Source: Dehalococcoidia bacterium (lineage in GTDB: Bacteria > Chloroflexota > Dehalococcoidia > UBA2979). From it: a stretch of DNA of 64,000 bases. The stretch covers positions 130,924 through 194,923 of the forward strand of contig JAWKPM010000002.1 in the NCBI GenBank assembly GCA_041390625.1. Reading direction: 5' to 3'. Position numbers and translations under genes: made by a program. Position 1 is the first letter of the stretch, and each line of letters opens with the position of its first letter. Shown piece after piece: positions 17,221 through 26,568 of this stretch. A model generated the notes under the pieces. The model did no database searches, was not told the DNA's origin, and saw only the letters and a program-made list of their open reading frames with translations.

Positions 17221-17967
17221 ATGACGATGCAGCAGTCCTACGAGGTGATCGGCCACGGCTACGCGACGCGTCGCCGCCCCGACCCGCGCATCGAAGCCGC
17301 AATCGTCGCGGCGCTCGGCGACGCCCGCACCGTCCTCAACGTCGGCGCCGGCACGGGCTCCTACGAGCCTCGCGACCGCGAGGTCGTCGCCGTCGAGCCC
17401 TCGAGGGTGATGCTCGGCCAGCGCCCCGAAGGCACCCCCGCCGTCCGAGGCGTCGCCGAAGCGCTGCCCTTCGCCAACAACTCCTTCGACGCCGCGATGG
17501 CCGTGCTCACGATCCACCACTGGACCGACTGGCGTCGCGGCCTCGCCGAGATGCGGCGCGTCAGCCGCGGCCCCGTTGCCGTGCTGACGCACGATGTCGA
17601 CCAGGCGCCGGCGTTCTGGCTGATGGACTACTTCCCGGCCATCGTCGAGCACGACCGCGTCCGCATGCCGCCCGTCGCCGACGTCTGTGCCGCCCTCGAG
17701 GGCGAGGCCGGCCCGGTCGAGGTGCCGTGCGACTGTACCGATGGCTTCCTCGGCGCCTTCTGGCGCGATCCAGCGCGCTATCTCGATCCGGGCGCGCGAT
17801 CAGCGATCTCGGCCTTCGCGCTGCTCCCACCCGAGGACCTCCATCGAGGTCTCCATCACCTCGCCCAGGACCTGCGAGGCGGCGCGTGGCACGAACGCCA
17901 TGGCGAGCTGCTCGCGCGAGACTCCCTCGACGTCGGCTACCGCCTCGTCGTCTCGCGCCCGCGCTAG
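17221..17967 (+). CDS. Class I SAM-dependent methyltransferase
   Basis: Motif I VLNVGAGTGSY. Methyltransf_11-like layout. 248 aa. Confidence 0.8.
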   Translation: MTMQQSYEVIGHGYATRRRPDPRIEAAIVAALGDARTVLNVGAGTGSYEPRDREVVAVEPSRVMLGQRPEGTPAVRGVAEALPFANNSFDAAMAVLTIHHWTDWRRGLAEMRRVSRGPVAVLTHDVDQAPAFWLMDYFPAIVEHDRVRMPPVADVCAALEGEAGPVEVPCDCTDGFLGAFWRDPARYLDPGARSAISAFALLPPEDLHRGLHHLAQDLRGGAWHERHGELLARDSLDVGYRLVVSRPR

Positions 17968-17992
17968 CGCGTCCCGAGGCCCGAACATGCAA

Positions 17993-18014
17993 CGAGGCGG
18001 GTCGCCCCGCCTCG
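17993..18014. terminator. GC hairpin between convergent genes
   Basis: CGAGGCGGG-TCGC-CCCGCCTCG, a 9-bp stem. It shares the GCAACGAGGCGG lead-in with the hairpin at 1421..1455. Confidence 0.4.
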
Positions 18015-18051
18015 GTTCGATGCTGCCGCCGCGCCCTCGATGGGCGCCGGG

Positions 18052-18609
18052 TTACTCGCTCTTGCGACTGCGCCGCGCCGCCGGCGTCGAACCGCCGCGC
18101 TTGTGCTGGCCGGACCGCGTGCGGGGGGTGACGTCCTTGTTCGCCGCGGTCTTGAGCTTCTTCTTGATCTGAGCCGTGTTGACCTTCTTCTGGACGTAGT
18201 CCTGGCTCTCCTGGCTCAGACGCGCGTCCGCCTCGGGTACCCGGCCCGACTCGATCTGGTTCATCGTCTGCTCGTAGAGGTAGGCCTGGCGCCACTCTTC
18301 CTTGTCGTCGTCCTCGGATGTCGCCACACCCTGGCGTGCCCATGGGTACGTGAGTCCGAGTCCTTCGACCATGCCGCCGCCGGTCTCCGGCTTGTCGGAG
18401 AGCCCCTGCGAGGTCCAGTACTTGCCCGTGTCGGGGATGCGACGAGGCAGCCCCTCGCGGTACACGTAGGCCGCAAACTCGGTCGTCATGATGCGCCGCG
18501 AATCGGCGTCGCACGCCGGGCACGGCTGCGGGTTGGAGGCCTCGCGAGCCGGGCGCAGCAACTCGAACGCGCCCTGGCACTCGTCGCAGAAGTACTCGTA
18601 AACCGGCAT
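18052..18609 (-). CDS. FmdB-family zinc-ribbon protein with long C-terminal extension
   Basis: MPVYEYFCDECQGAFELL...CPACDADSRRI is the FmdB/CxxC_CxxC_SSSS pattern. It is followed by about 130 aa ending in a Lys/Arg-rich tail. Confidence 0.7.
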   Translation of the reverse strand: MPVYEYFCDECQGAFELLRPAREASNPQPCPACDADSRRIMTTEFAAYVYREGLPRRIPDTGKYWTSQGLSDKPETGGGMVEGLGLTYPWARQGVATSEDDDKEEWRQAYLYEQTMNQIESGRVPEADARLSQESQDYVQKKVNTAQIKKKLKTAANKDVTPRTRSGQHKRGGSTPAARRSRKSE

Positions 18610-18887
18610 ACACCCCTCCTCGGATCACCGTCAGTGTATAGAACGACGCCACTCGAGGCGACGGATCGTTGTATGAGCCGCTGTGAATCTCTCGAAGTTG
18701 GGCTCCGCCGGGAGTTCGTCACGCGCAGGCAGCCGCCGGCCCCGATCCTGTAAGTCGATTGAAACCGCCCTCCCCCGACGATCGTGGCACACCACCGCTC
18801 CGGCCGATGACATGCACCACACCGCAGTGGGTTGGCGGGTCCGCCGACCGAGGCTGCGCATCGACGGCTTGGAGGCCTCACGTCCTG

Positions 18888-19853
18888 ATGACTCGTCCGA
18901 TCGCAACGCGTCCCGTGTGCGTGATCTCGGGCGCGAGTGGCGGCTTCGGCCTCCCCGTCGCTGTGCAGATGGCGGCAGCCGGTTTCGACCTCGTGCTCAT
19001 CAATCAGGACCGCGAACGCGGCATGCGCGCCGTCGAGGCCGTACGAGCCGAGGTGCCTCGAGCTCGCGTCGTCCACAAGTGCGTCGATCTCGCGTCGATG
19101 TCGCAGGTGCGGCGAGCGGCCGAGCAGATCGCATCCGAGTTCGCGACCGTCGACGTGCTGTTCCACATCGCCGCCACCGCAGTCCCGAGGCGTGCCTCCA
19201 CCGAGGATGCCTTCGAACGAACGCTCGCTGTGAACTACCTCGCCCCGTTCTTGCTCACCCAGTTGCTGCACGACCCGCTGCGCGCCGCGCGCCAGGCCCG
19301 AGTCGTCATGTTCTCGTCCCTGGCCGAGCGGGCGTCCAGCATCGAGTTCGACGACATGGCGTTCGAGCGCGGCTACTCCGCGCACGACGGCTACGGACGG
19401 TCGAAGCTCGCACTCGTGCTGTTCGCGAATGAGCTCGGTCGCCGCTGGGCGCACGATGGCGTGACCGCGAACTGCATGAATCCGGGTTCCGCGCCGACGC
19501 AGCTCCTCGCCGATCTCTGGGCGGGCGGCTGGCGTCCCGGTGGCCGGCCTGTGCTGTGGCGATACTGGGGTCGCCGTGTGCGGCGCTGGCTGCGGGCGCT
19601 CCCGCGTGTCGTGCGGCATCCGAGGCGCGCGCTGCACAACCTGCGTAGCTCCCGATATGAGCGGGCCGCCGCCGTCGCCGTCAGGCTCGCCACGGACCCG
19701 GCGCTCGCGGGCGTCTCTGGCACGCAGTTCATCGACGACCGCGAGGTGCCCTCGTCACCGCAGAGCCAGGACCCGGCACTCGCCGCCCGACTGTGGGACG
19801 TCACCGTCGAGATGCTGAGCGACTATCTCCCGGTCACCGCGATCGCGCGCTAG
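18888..19853 (+). CDS. SDR family oxidoreductase
   Basis: VISGASGGFG Rossmann motif and retinol-dehydrogenase-like layout. Start set at ATG 18888 (MTRPIATRPVCVISGASGG). ORF-track start is 18759. Confidence 0.75.
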   Translation: MTRPIATRPVCVISGASGGFGLPVAVQMAAAGFDLVLINQDRERGMRAVEAVRAEVPRARVVHKCVDLASMSQVRRAAEQIASEFATVDVLFHIAATAVPRRASTEDAFERTLAVNYLAPFLLTQLLHDPLRAARQARVVMFSSLAERASSIEFDDMAFERGYSAHDGYGRSKLALVLFANELGRRWAHDGVTANCMNPGSAPTQLLADLWAGGWRPGGRPVLWRYWGRRVRRWLRALPRVVRHPRRALHNLRSSRYERAAAVAVRLATDPALAGVSGTQFIDDREVPSSPQSQDPALAARLWDVTVEMLSDYLPVTAIAR

Positions 19854-20695
19854 ACCGTCCCGTCGGTAGCGCCGTCGAGTTCGCCCTCATCGAGGTCGCC
19901 GTCCACCATCGAGGCCTCGGCGCGACGCACCGCCTCGATGAAGCGCTGGCTCTTCAGGTCGCGCTCCGCCACGGACCGCACGAGGTCGTGCATCACCCGC
20001 TCGAGGCTCGCTGCCAGCTCCGAGGTCAGGCGCACCCGCGCCACCTCCTCGTGCGGCTGACGCTGGATCGCCCGCAGCACCCGCAGCACGGTCAGATCGA
20101 GGGGCTCGGCGCCCGGCTGCCCGCTCCGACATCGAGGACAGAGCACCCCACCCGCCAGTGCGCTCCACCACACCGCCTCGGTTGCGGCGCCGCCCGGGGT
20201 CACCTCGGCGCCGCACACGACGCAGACCTCCCACTCCGGGCGGAAGCCGGCGATCTCCAGCAGCTGCATCTCGAACCAGCGCGTCAGCAGGTGCACGCCA
20301 TCGCCGCGGTCGAGACGGATGAGCGTCGCATGCAGCAGGTCGTAGATCGGCCGCGCCTCGGCGTGCTCAACCGTCAGGCGGTCCGTCACCTCCACGAGGT
20401 ACATCGCCGTCCCGAGGCGCGCGAGGTCCGCGCGCACGCCGTGGAAGCCCTCGACCGTTTGCGCCTGCGTCACGATGTCGAGGTTGCGGCCGTGCGCCAG
20501 CATCACGTCGACGTGCGTCGGCGGCTCGAGGTGCCCGGCCAGCTTGCTCCGCGGGCGCAGCACGCCCTTCGCCACCGCATCGATCTTGCCGTGGCCGGGC
20601 GTGAGCAGCCGCACGATGCGATCCGCCTCACCGAGCCGCCGCCGCCCGAGGACGATCGCCCGCGTGCGCGTGGTGCGCGGGACGCGTGCCGTCAT
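19850..20695 (-). CDS. recO: DNA repair protein RecO
   Basis: N-terminal OB fold (RAIVLGRRRLGEADRIVRLLTPGHGKIDAVAKG) and zinc finger CVVCG...CPRC. 281 aa. Confidence 0.85.
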   Translation of the reverse strand: MTARVPRTTRTRAIVLGRRRLGEADRIVRLLTPGHGKIDAVAKGVLRPRSKLAGHLEPPTHVDVMLAHGRNLDIVTQAQTVEGFHGVRADLARLGTAMYLVEVTDRLTVEHAEARPIYDLLHATLIRLDRGDGVHLLTRWFEMQLLEIAGFRPEWEVCVVCGAEVTPGGAATEAVWWSALAGGVLCPRCRSGQPGAEPLDLTVLRVLRAIQRQPHEEVARVRLTSELAASLERVMHDLVRSVAERDLKSQRFIEAVRRAEASMVDGDLDEGELDGATDGTV

Positions 20696-20722
20696 GAGCG
20701 CTGTCCGAGGCTCGAGGGCCGG

Positions 20723-20989
20723 CTAGCGCCGGGGCCCGCGCACGTCGCGCCGATCGGGGTATTGAGACCCGGAAGCGGGCGGGCCGGCGCGGCGCGCCTT
20801 CAACCGCTCGGAGAGCCACAGCGCACCCGCGACCATCAGCCCCCACACGAACGCCCAGAGCGCCCCGTAGCGCGCGTCGCCCGTCATGGCCGTGAGTAGC
20901 ACGAAGGACAGCGGGAAGACGATGTAGAAGCCCTTCCACCACCGAGGCGTCAGCATCCACGCATCGATGAAGCGACGGATCGGCCCCAC
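20723..20989 (-). CDS. Small membrane protein coupled to recR
   Basis: The GTG at 20989 overlaps the recR stop (TAGTG) and has GGAGG 7 nt upstream. Two hydrophobic helices (FYIVFPLSFVLLTAM, ALWAFVWGLMVAGALWL). Alternative ATG at 20956. Confidence 0.55.
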   Translation of the reverse strand: MGPIRRFIDAWMLTPRWWKGFYIVFPLSFVLLTAMTGDARYGALWAFVWGLMVAGALWLSERLKARRAGPPASGSQYPDRRDVRGPRR

Positions 20990-21621
20990 TACCGCACCTC
21001 CTGCCGGTACTGCAGCGCGCGCCCCAGCGTCAGGTCGTCGGCGTACTCGAGGTCCGCGCCCGCCGGCAGCCCGCTCGCGAGGCGCGTGACGCGGATCCCG
21101 AGGGGCTGCAGCAGCCGCGCGAGGTACATCGCGGTCGCCTCCCCCTCGAGGTTCGGATTGGTCGCGACGATCACCTCGTTCACCTCGGTGTCGACGTCGC
21201 GGATGCGCGCCAGCAGCTCCGCGATCTTGAGATCCTCGGGACCGACGTTGTCCGAGGGCGAGATCACCCCGTGGAGCACGTGGAAGAGGCCCGTGAACCC
21301 CTGCGTGCGCTCGATCGCGAGGACGTCGAGCGGCTCCTCGACGACGCAGATTACGTGCCGGTCCCGCCCCGGATCGAGGCAGGTGCGGCACGGCGAGCGG
21401 TCGGCCACGTTCTGGCACCGCTCGCAGAGGACGACGCGCTCCTTCACTGCGATGAGCGCGTCAGCGAGGGCCTGCGCCTCGGCTGCCGGCGCACGCAGCA
21501 CGTGGTACGCGAGCCGCTGCGCCGACTTCGGGCCGATGCCCGGCAGCCGGTGGAACGCCTCGATCAGCGCGCCGATCGGCGAACCGTCGTCACCTGGAAA
21601 AGAATGGCGCATCGAGGTCAT
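20989..21621 (-). CDS. recR: Recombination protein RecR
   Basis: CERCQNVADRSPCRTC zinc finger plus Toprim region (ICVVEEPLDVLAIERT). 210 aa. Confidence 0.9.
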   Translation of the reverse strand: MTSMRHSFPGDDGSPIGALIEAFHRLPGIGPKSAQRLAYHVLRAPAAEAQALADALIAVKERVVLCERCQNVADRSPCRTCLDPGRDRHVICVVEEPLDVLAIERTQGFTGLFHVLHGVISPSDNVGPEDLKIAELLARIRDVDTEVNEVIVATNPNLEGEATAMYLARLLQPLGIRVTRLASGLPAGADLEYADDLTLGRALQYRQEVR

Positions 21622-21642
21622 CGAGGCGTCCCGCGTCGACGC

Positions 21643-23433
21643 CTAAGCACCCGAGCCACCCTCGACCGGTCGCGCGCCCTGCTTGAGCGCCTCGTCCACC
21701 AGGTGGCTGACCCCGCCTCGAGGCTTCGGCGACGGCGCCGAGCCGGCGCGCTGCAGGTCCTCCCACAGCACTAGATCGACCTCGACGGGCCGTCCCACGG
21801 TCTCGACCACGACGTCGCGGATGGCGCGCATGACCGCGCCCTCCTCCATCGTGCGCGTCTTCTCGATGAGGATCGGCGCGGAGAACCCGATCTCGACGCG
21901 ATCGCCCTCGAACGACTTGATGAAGCACTGCGAGTTGAGCATCGCCCCCGCACGGTGGTGCCGCGCGCGCGCCGCCGCTCGGATGTCGTCCCACTTCGCG
22001 CGGATCGACTCCAACTCCGGCGTCACCCCGCCCGCGTCCGGCGGCGTGAACGCGGGCGCAGCAGGGGCAGCCGCCGGCGCGGGCCTCGAGGGCGCGGGCG
22101 AAGCGCCCTCCGAGGTATCCGAGGCCGCTCGTGCCGGCGCGCCCTCCGGCGGCCTCGAAGGTCGTTCTGCAGCCGGGCGTGCTTCCGGTGCGCGTGGCCC
22201 GCGCTCGCGCACCTCCTGCCGCGGTGCTTCCGGGCGGGGCGCCTGCTGGCGAGCGGGCTGTCGAGGTGGGGCGGCTGCCGCCGCCTCGCGAGGCCGTGCC
22301 GCCGCCCGGGGCGCGGCATCCGCCTCGGGTGCCGCGACCGCCGCGGGCGCGGCATCGAGGCCGACCGCCAGGCTAGCGAAGGCAATCTCCGCCGGCAGTG
22401 AGTCGTACGCATCGCCCCGGAAGTCGAGCTCCCCGAAGGCCCGCAGTGCCGCCACCACGTCATCGATGCGCGCGCCCGCGGCCAGCGCCTCGAGGCCTGC
22501 GACCTCGGCATCCGAAAGCCCGAGCTGCTCCGCGCCGCCCGCGCGCACCATCAGGACGCTGCGCAGCGCCTGGATGACCTCGCGCATGAACGCGCGGATC
22601 TCGATGCCGTCGTCGCGCGCCGAGGCCAGCACGCTCAGCCCAGCAGGCAGGTCCTTCGTGATCGCCGCTCGCGCGAGCTCGTTCGTCCGACGGTCGACGA
22701 GCAGCCCGAGGCCGGACCGCACCGCATCGAGGCTCAGCGTGCGTCCGTGGTACGCCACGGTCTGATCGAGGAGGTTGATCGCGTCCCGAAGCGAGCCGGT
22801 GCCCTCGCGTGCGATCAGCTCGAGGCCGGCGTCGGGCACCTCGATGCCTTCGCCCTCCGCGATCGTCCTCAGCCGCCCGATCGTCGCCTCGAGGTTGATG
22901 CGGCGGAAGTCGTAGCGCTGGCAGCGCGAGACGATCGTCGCGGGGATGGCGTGCGGCTCGGTCGTCGCGAGGATGAAGATGACGTGCGGCGGCGGTTCCT
23001 CGAGCGTCTTGAGCAGCGCGTTGAACGCTGCCGGCGTCAGCATGTGCACCTCGTCGATGAGGTACACCTTGAACCGCGCCGCGTTCGGCGCGTAGCCCGT
23101 CCCCTCGCGCAGGTCGCGGATCTCGTCGATGCCACGGTTCGAGGCCGCGTCGAGCTCGATGAGGTCGAGCGCCCGCCCGCTCGAGAACGCCTCGCAGGTC
23201 GCGCAGGCGTTGCAGGGCTCGCCGTCCGCCGAGGGCGCTTCGCAGTTCACCGCCTTGGCGAGCAAACGGCCGGTCGTCGTCTTCCCGGTCCCTCGAGGCC
23301 CGGAGAACAGATACGCGTGCGAGGGCGCGCCGGCGGCCACCGCGTGCTTCAGCGTCGTCGTGACCGGGTCCTGCCCGGCGACGTCACCGAAGCGCTGCGG
23401 GCGCCACTTGCGGTAGAGGACTTCCTGGCTCAC
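21643..23433 (-). CDS. dnaX: DNA polymerase III subunit gamma/tau
   Basis: Walker A GPRGTGKTT, zinc module CEAPSADGEPCNACATC, sensor TIVSRCQRYDF, and an Ala/Pro/Arg-rich linker. GTG start with GGAG upstream. Confidence 0.9.
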   Translation of the reverse strand: MSQEVLYRKWRPQRFGDVAGQDPVTTTLKHAVAAGAPSHAYLFSGPRGTGKTTTGRLLAKAVNCEAPSADGEPCNACATCEAFSSGRALDLIELDAASNRGIDEIRDLREGTGYAPNAARFKVYLIDEVHMLTPAAFNALLKTLEEPPPHVIFILATTEPHAIPATIVSRCQRYDFRRINLEATIGRLRTIAEGEGIEVPDAGLELIAREGTGSLRDAINLLDQTVAYHGRTLSLDAVRSGLGLLVDRRTNELARAAITKDLPAGLSVLASARDDGIEIRAFMREVIQALRSVLMVRAGGAEQLGLSDAEVAGLEALAAGARIDDVVAALRAFGELDFRGDAYDSLPAEIAFASLAVGLDAAPAAVAAPEADAAPRAAARPREAAAAAPPRQPARQQAPRPEAPRQEVRERGPRAPEARPAAERPSRPPEGAPARAASDTSEGASPAPSRPAPAAAPAAPAFTPPDAGGVTPELESIRAKWDDIRAAARARHHRAGAMLNSQCFIKSFEGDRVEIGFSAPILIEKTRTMEEGAVMRAIRDVVVETVGRPVEVDLVLWEDLQRAGSAPSPKPRGGVSHLVDEALKQGARPVEGGSGA

Positions 23434-23556
23434 ACGGCTCCCCGCCGCCGGGGGATGGGCGGCCGACTCAGTCTACAGGAGCCACGACCGAGGCCGAAGC
23501 CGCGGTCGGCGGCTACGATGCCCGCTCGGCACGTCTCGAGGCATCAAGGAGCGCAC

Positions 23557-24060
23557 ATGAACGCCGGCCACGTCCGCCGCCTGTACGAGTACAACGCCTG
23601 GGCGAACCGCCGCATCCTGGAGCGCGCCGCTGAGGCATCCGAGGACGCGTACCTCGCCGAGTTCCCCGGTCTGTCGTTTGGCAGCCTGCACGGGACGCTC
23701 GTCCACCTCTTCGACGGCCAGCTGATCTGGCTCAGGCGTTGGCAGGCCGCCGGCCTCGATGGTCTCGGACCGTGGACCATCGAGGCGTTGCCCGACTTCG
23801 AGGCCGTGGCTGCCGCCGCCCCGCGGCTCGAGGCCGCCCTCGAGGCCCACGTCGCCGCCCTGACCGACGCCGACATCGAGGGCACCCTCACCTACGAGGC
23901 ACCGAATGGGCAGACGTACACCGACCCACGGAGCCTGCAGCTAGTCCACCTCGTGAACCACGGGACGCAGTTCCGCGCCGAGGCGGCTGTGCGCCTGACC
24001 GCGCTCGGGCTCTCGCCCGGCAACATCGACTTCACCGTGCTCCTGCGGGGCCTGACCTAG
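23557..24060 (+). CDS. DinB-family (DUF664-like) protein
   Basis: YNAWANRRILE...SLHGTLVHLFDGQLIWL...LVNHGTQFRAE four-helix His-triad pattern. 167 aa. Start at ATG 23557 inside ORF 22747..24060. Confidence 0.75.
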   Translation: MNAGHVRRLYEYNAWANRRILERAAEASEDAYLAEFPGLSFGSLHGTLVHLFDGQLIWLRRWQAAGLDGLGPWTIEALPDFEAVAAAAPRLEAALEAHVAALTDADIEGTLTYEAPNGQTYTDPRSLQLVHLVNHGTQFRAEAAVRLTALGLSPGNIDFTVLLRGLT

Positions 24061-24311
24061 CGGGCTGCCACCGAGTCCACCGAGTCCACCGAGGTCATCG
24101 AGGCGGAAGATCTAGATTCGCCGCCCGAAGCGCCCGCGCCGCGCCGCGCGCCGCATCCGCTGCCGCTGGATGGCCCGGCCGAGGCCCGTGCGCAGCCCAC
24201 CGAGGCGTGCGCGCCCGGCCTGCAGCAGTCGCCGCCATCCGCGCCGTGATCGTCGTCGTCGGAACATCGAGTACGCCTCCCGCCATCGAGGGTGACGCTT
24301 CGAGCGCGGTG

Positions 24312-25487
24312 CTACGTGCGGCGCTCCAGCACGTAGTCGATCAGCCCATCGAGGGTGTCGCGCGTCTCGCTCGGCGGCAACTCGTGCAGTGCGGTCCGCG
24401 CGAGGCCGGCGAAGTGCCGCGCCGAGTCCATCGACTCCTCAAGGTAGCTCGAGGCGCGAATCTCATCGATCGCCCGCTGCAGGTTGCTGCGCCGCCGCAC
24501 CCCCTCGAAGGCGCGCCGCACAGGGTTGTCCTCGGGCGAGGCCTGCATGTAGAGGATGGTCGGCAGCGTCAGCGTCCCGGCGAGCAGGTCGGATCCGACC
24601 GGCTTGCCCATCTCCTCGGCCGTCCCCGAGAAGTCGAGGACGTCATCGACGATCTGGAACGCCATCCCGAGGGACTCGCCGTAGCGACGCATCGGCTCGA
24701 CGGTCGACTCGGGCGCGCCCGAGACGATTGCGCCGTTCTCGGCCGCGGTCGCAAACAACGAGGCCGTCTTGCCGTAGATGCGGTCGAGGTAGCGCTGCAC
24801 GTCCTCCGAGTACTCGAAGGCCGCCATGTCCTGCTTCAGCTCGCCGTTCGCCATGATCCCGAGGGTCGCAGCGAAGTTGCGGATGACGCGGATGTTGCCC
24901 GTCCGCGCCACGAACTCGGCGGCGTGGGCGAACATGTAGTCGCCCAGCATCACGCTCGAGGCGTTGTTGAACAACGCCGCTGCCGTCGGCTTCCCGCGCC
25001 GCTCCGGCGCGGCATCGATGACGTCGTCGTGCACTAGCGTCGCCGTGTGCAGCAGCTCCACGCTCGAGGCCAGTGGCACGAGCCGCTCAAGGTCGTAGTC
25101 CCCGTGTGTCCCCGCCAGCAGCGCGATCGCCGGGCGCATGCGCTTGCCGCCGCCACTCAGGCTCGAGGTGAGCATGCGCGACAGCCACGGCTGCTCGACC
25201 TTCGCAATCGAGTGCAGCATCTCGTCCACCAGCGGCAGGTCGCCCGCCACCGGCCCGTACAGCTCGCGCGTCATCGAGGCCGGCGCGGGCTGCGGCGAGG
25301 CGGCATGCACCACGGTCGGCGGGTGCGCCAGCCAGAGCGCGAGGTACACCAGCGCGCCGAGGCCCGCCGTCAGCACCGTCGCCAGCACGGCCAGCGTGCG
25401 AACGGCCCACGGGTCGAGGTCGAGACGCGTGGCGACACGCGAGCAGACGCCCGTGCCCCATCGATCCTCGTACCGCAGCCTGCTCAT
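24312..25487 (-). CDS. PspC-domain::polyprenyl diphosphate synthase fusion
   Basis: Residues about 4-56 (LRYEDRWGTGVCSRVATRLDLDPWAVRTLAVLATVLTAGLGALVYLALWLAHP) match the PspC domain pattern. The remainder is a trans-prenyltransferase with LVHDDVID and QIVDDVLD motifs. Confidence 0.8.
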   Translation of the reverse strand: MSRLRYEDRWGTGVCSRVATRLDLDPWAVRTLAVLATVLTAGLGALVYLALWLAHPPTVVHAASPQPAPASMTRELYGPVAGDLPLVDEMLHSIAKVEQPWLSRMLTSSLSGGGKRMRPAIALLAGTHGDYDLERLVPLASSVELLHTATLVHDDVIDAAPERRGKPTAAALFNNASSVMLGDYMFAHAAEFVARTGNIRVIRNFAATLGIMANGELKQDMAAFEYSEDVQRYLDRIYGKTASLFATAAENGAIVSGAPESTVEPMRRYGESLGMAFQIVDDVLDFSGTAEEMGKPVGSDLLAGTLTLPTILYMQASPEDNPVRRAFEGVRRRSNLQRAIDEIRASSYLEESMDSARHFAGLARTALHELPPSETRDTLDGLIDYVLERRT

Positions 25488-25686
25488 CGTCCGATTCCGA
25501 ACCGGCTCCGCGCTCGATCCTTCGATCGCGCACGGGACCGCTACGCGCCTGAAATATCGATTCGGAGCATACCGCGCGGCGACGGCACGCGCCCCCGCGC
25601 CGCCGACCGCGCCTCGAGGACGCCAGAATTGTCAGGAATCGCGCGGCGCTGACACCGAGGCAGGTGGGGACTCTCGAGGGCGGCGC

Positions 25687-26496
25687 TCAGAACTCGACGC
25701 CGAAGAACCGCCCCGCATTCGAGGTCGTCTCGCGTGCGACCTCATCGACGCCACATCCGCGCAGCTCGGCCACGAACCGTGCCGTCTGCGTCACGAGCGC
25801 CGGTTCGTTGCGCCCGCCTCGGTAGGGCTGCGGCGTCAGGTACGGGCAGTCGGTCTCGACGACGATCGATGACAGCGGCAGCTCGCGCGCGACTTCCTGC
25901 CCGCGCTGGTTGTTCGAGTAGGTGACCGTCCCCGGCACCGAGATCACGAAACCGATATCGACATAACGACGCGCGAGCTCGAGCGACCCGGCGAAGCAGT
26001 GCATCATCCCGATCTCGCGCCCAGGTCCGAGGTACCGCCCGAAGCGCCGCGACCACGCCTCGAGGACCGCGAAGCACTCCTCGTCTGCGTTCCTCGAGTG
26101 GATGACGACGGGCAGCTGGTGCTCTGCGGCGAGCTCTAGCTGCCACTGGAACGAGGCGTACTGCTCCTCGGGTGGGGAGAGGTTGCGGAAGAAGTCGAGC
26201 CCGATCTCACCCACGGCCACGAACCCGCCGTCGCTCACCAGCCGCTCGAGGCCCGCGCGCTCCGCCTCGAGGTGCTTCGCCTCGTGCGGGTGCAGCCCCG
26301 CCACCGCGTGGATCCGCGAATCGCGCCGCGCCAGGTCGAGGGCGCGCAGGCTGGTATCTGTCGAGGTTCCCACCTCCACGACCCCCGCGAGCCCGGCCGC
26401 CCACGCCCGCTCCATCACCGAGGCGTAGTCACCCTCGAACTCCCGCGACCACGTATGCGCGTGCGCATCCACGACCCCTACCTCGATGCGCTCCAC
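25687..26496 (-). CDS. tatD: TatD-family metal-dependent hydrolase
   Basis: VVDAHAHT..., GEIGLDF, VVIHSR and VETDCPYL motifs. Start set at GTG 26496 (GGGGTGAG upstream). The rest of ORF 25687..27183 overlaps the GNAT gene on the other strand. Confidence 0.85.
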   Translation of the reverse strand: MERIEVGVVDAHAHTWSREFEGDYASVMERAWAAGLAGVVEVGTSTDTSLRALDLARRDSRIHAVAGLHPHEAKHLEAERAGLERLVSDGGFVAVGEIGLDFFRNLSPPEEQYASFQWQLELAAEHQLPVVIHSRNADEECFAVLEAWSRRFGRYLGPGREIGMMHCFAGSLELARRYVDIGFVISVPGTVTYSNNQRGQEVARELPLSSIVVETDCPYLTPQPYRGGRNEPALVTQTARFVAELRGCGVDEVARETTSNAGRFFGVEF

Positions 26497-26568
26497 CGAG
26501 GGCTCACCCCGTCTCGAACTCACCCCTGTGCCTCTCTCAGCGTCCCCGAAGGTCGCTACAGTCGCGGC

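Noticed and set aside
21643-23433. Programmed frameshift or slippery A-run in dnaX
   Set aside because: The coding strand contains no A-rich heptamer or homopolymer run, so a gamma/tau frameshift site cannot be supported.
23434-23556. Possible SRP RNA (ffs) upstream of dnaX
   Set aside because: ffs often precedes dnaX, so I read both strands here. I found only a short hairpin (GACCGAGGC-CGAA-GCCGCGGTC) and none of the conserved 4.5S domain IV motifs (GGAA/AGCA-type loops). The region is also too short.
24068-24094. Short tandem repeat CCACCGAGT-CCACCGAGT-CCACCGAGG
   Set aside because: There are only three 9-nt units with no spacers. It is not a CRISPR array or a meaningful VNTR. It probably arises from the local TCGAGG-type bias.
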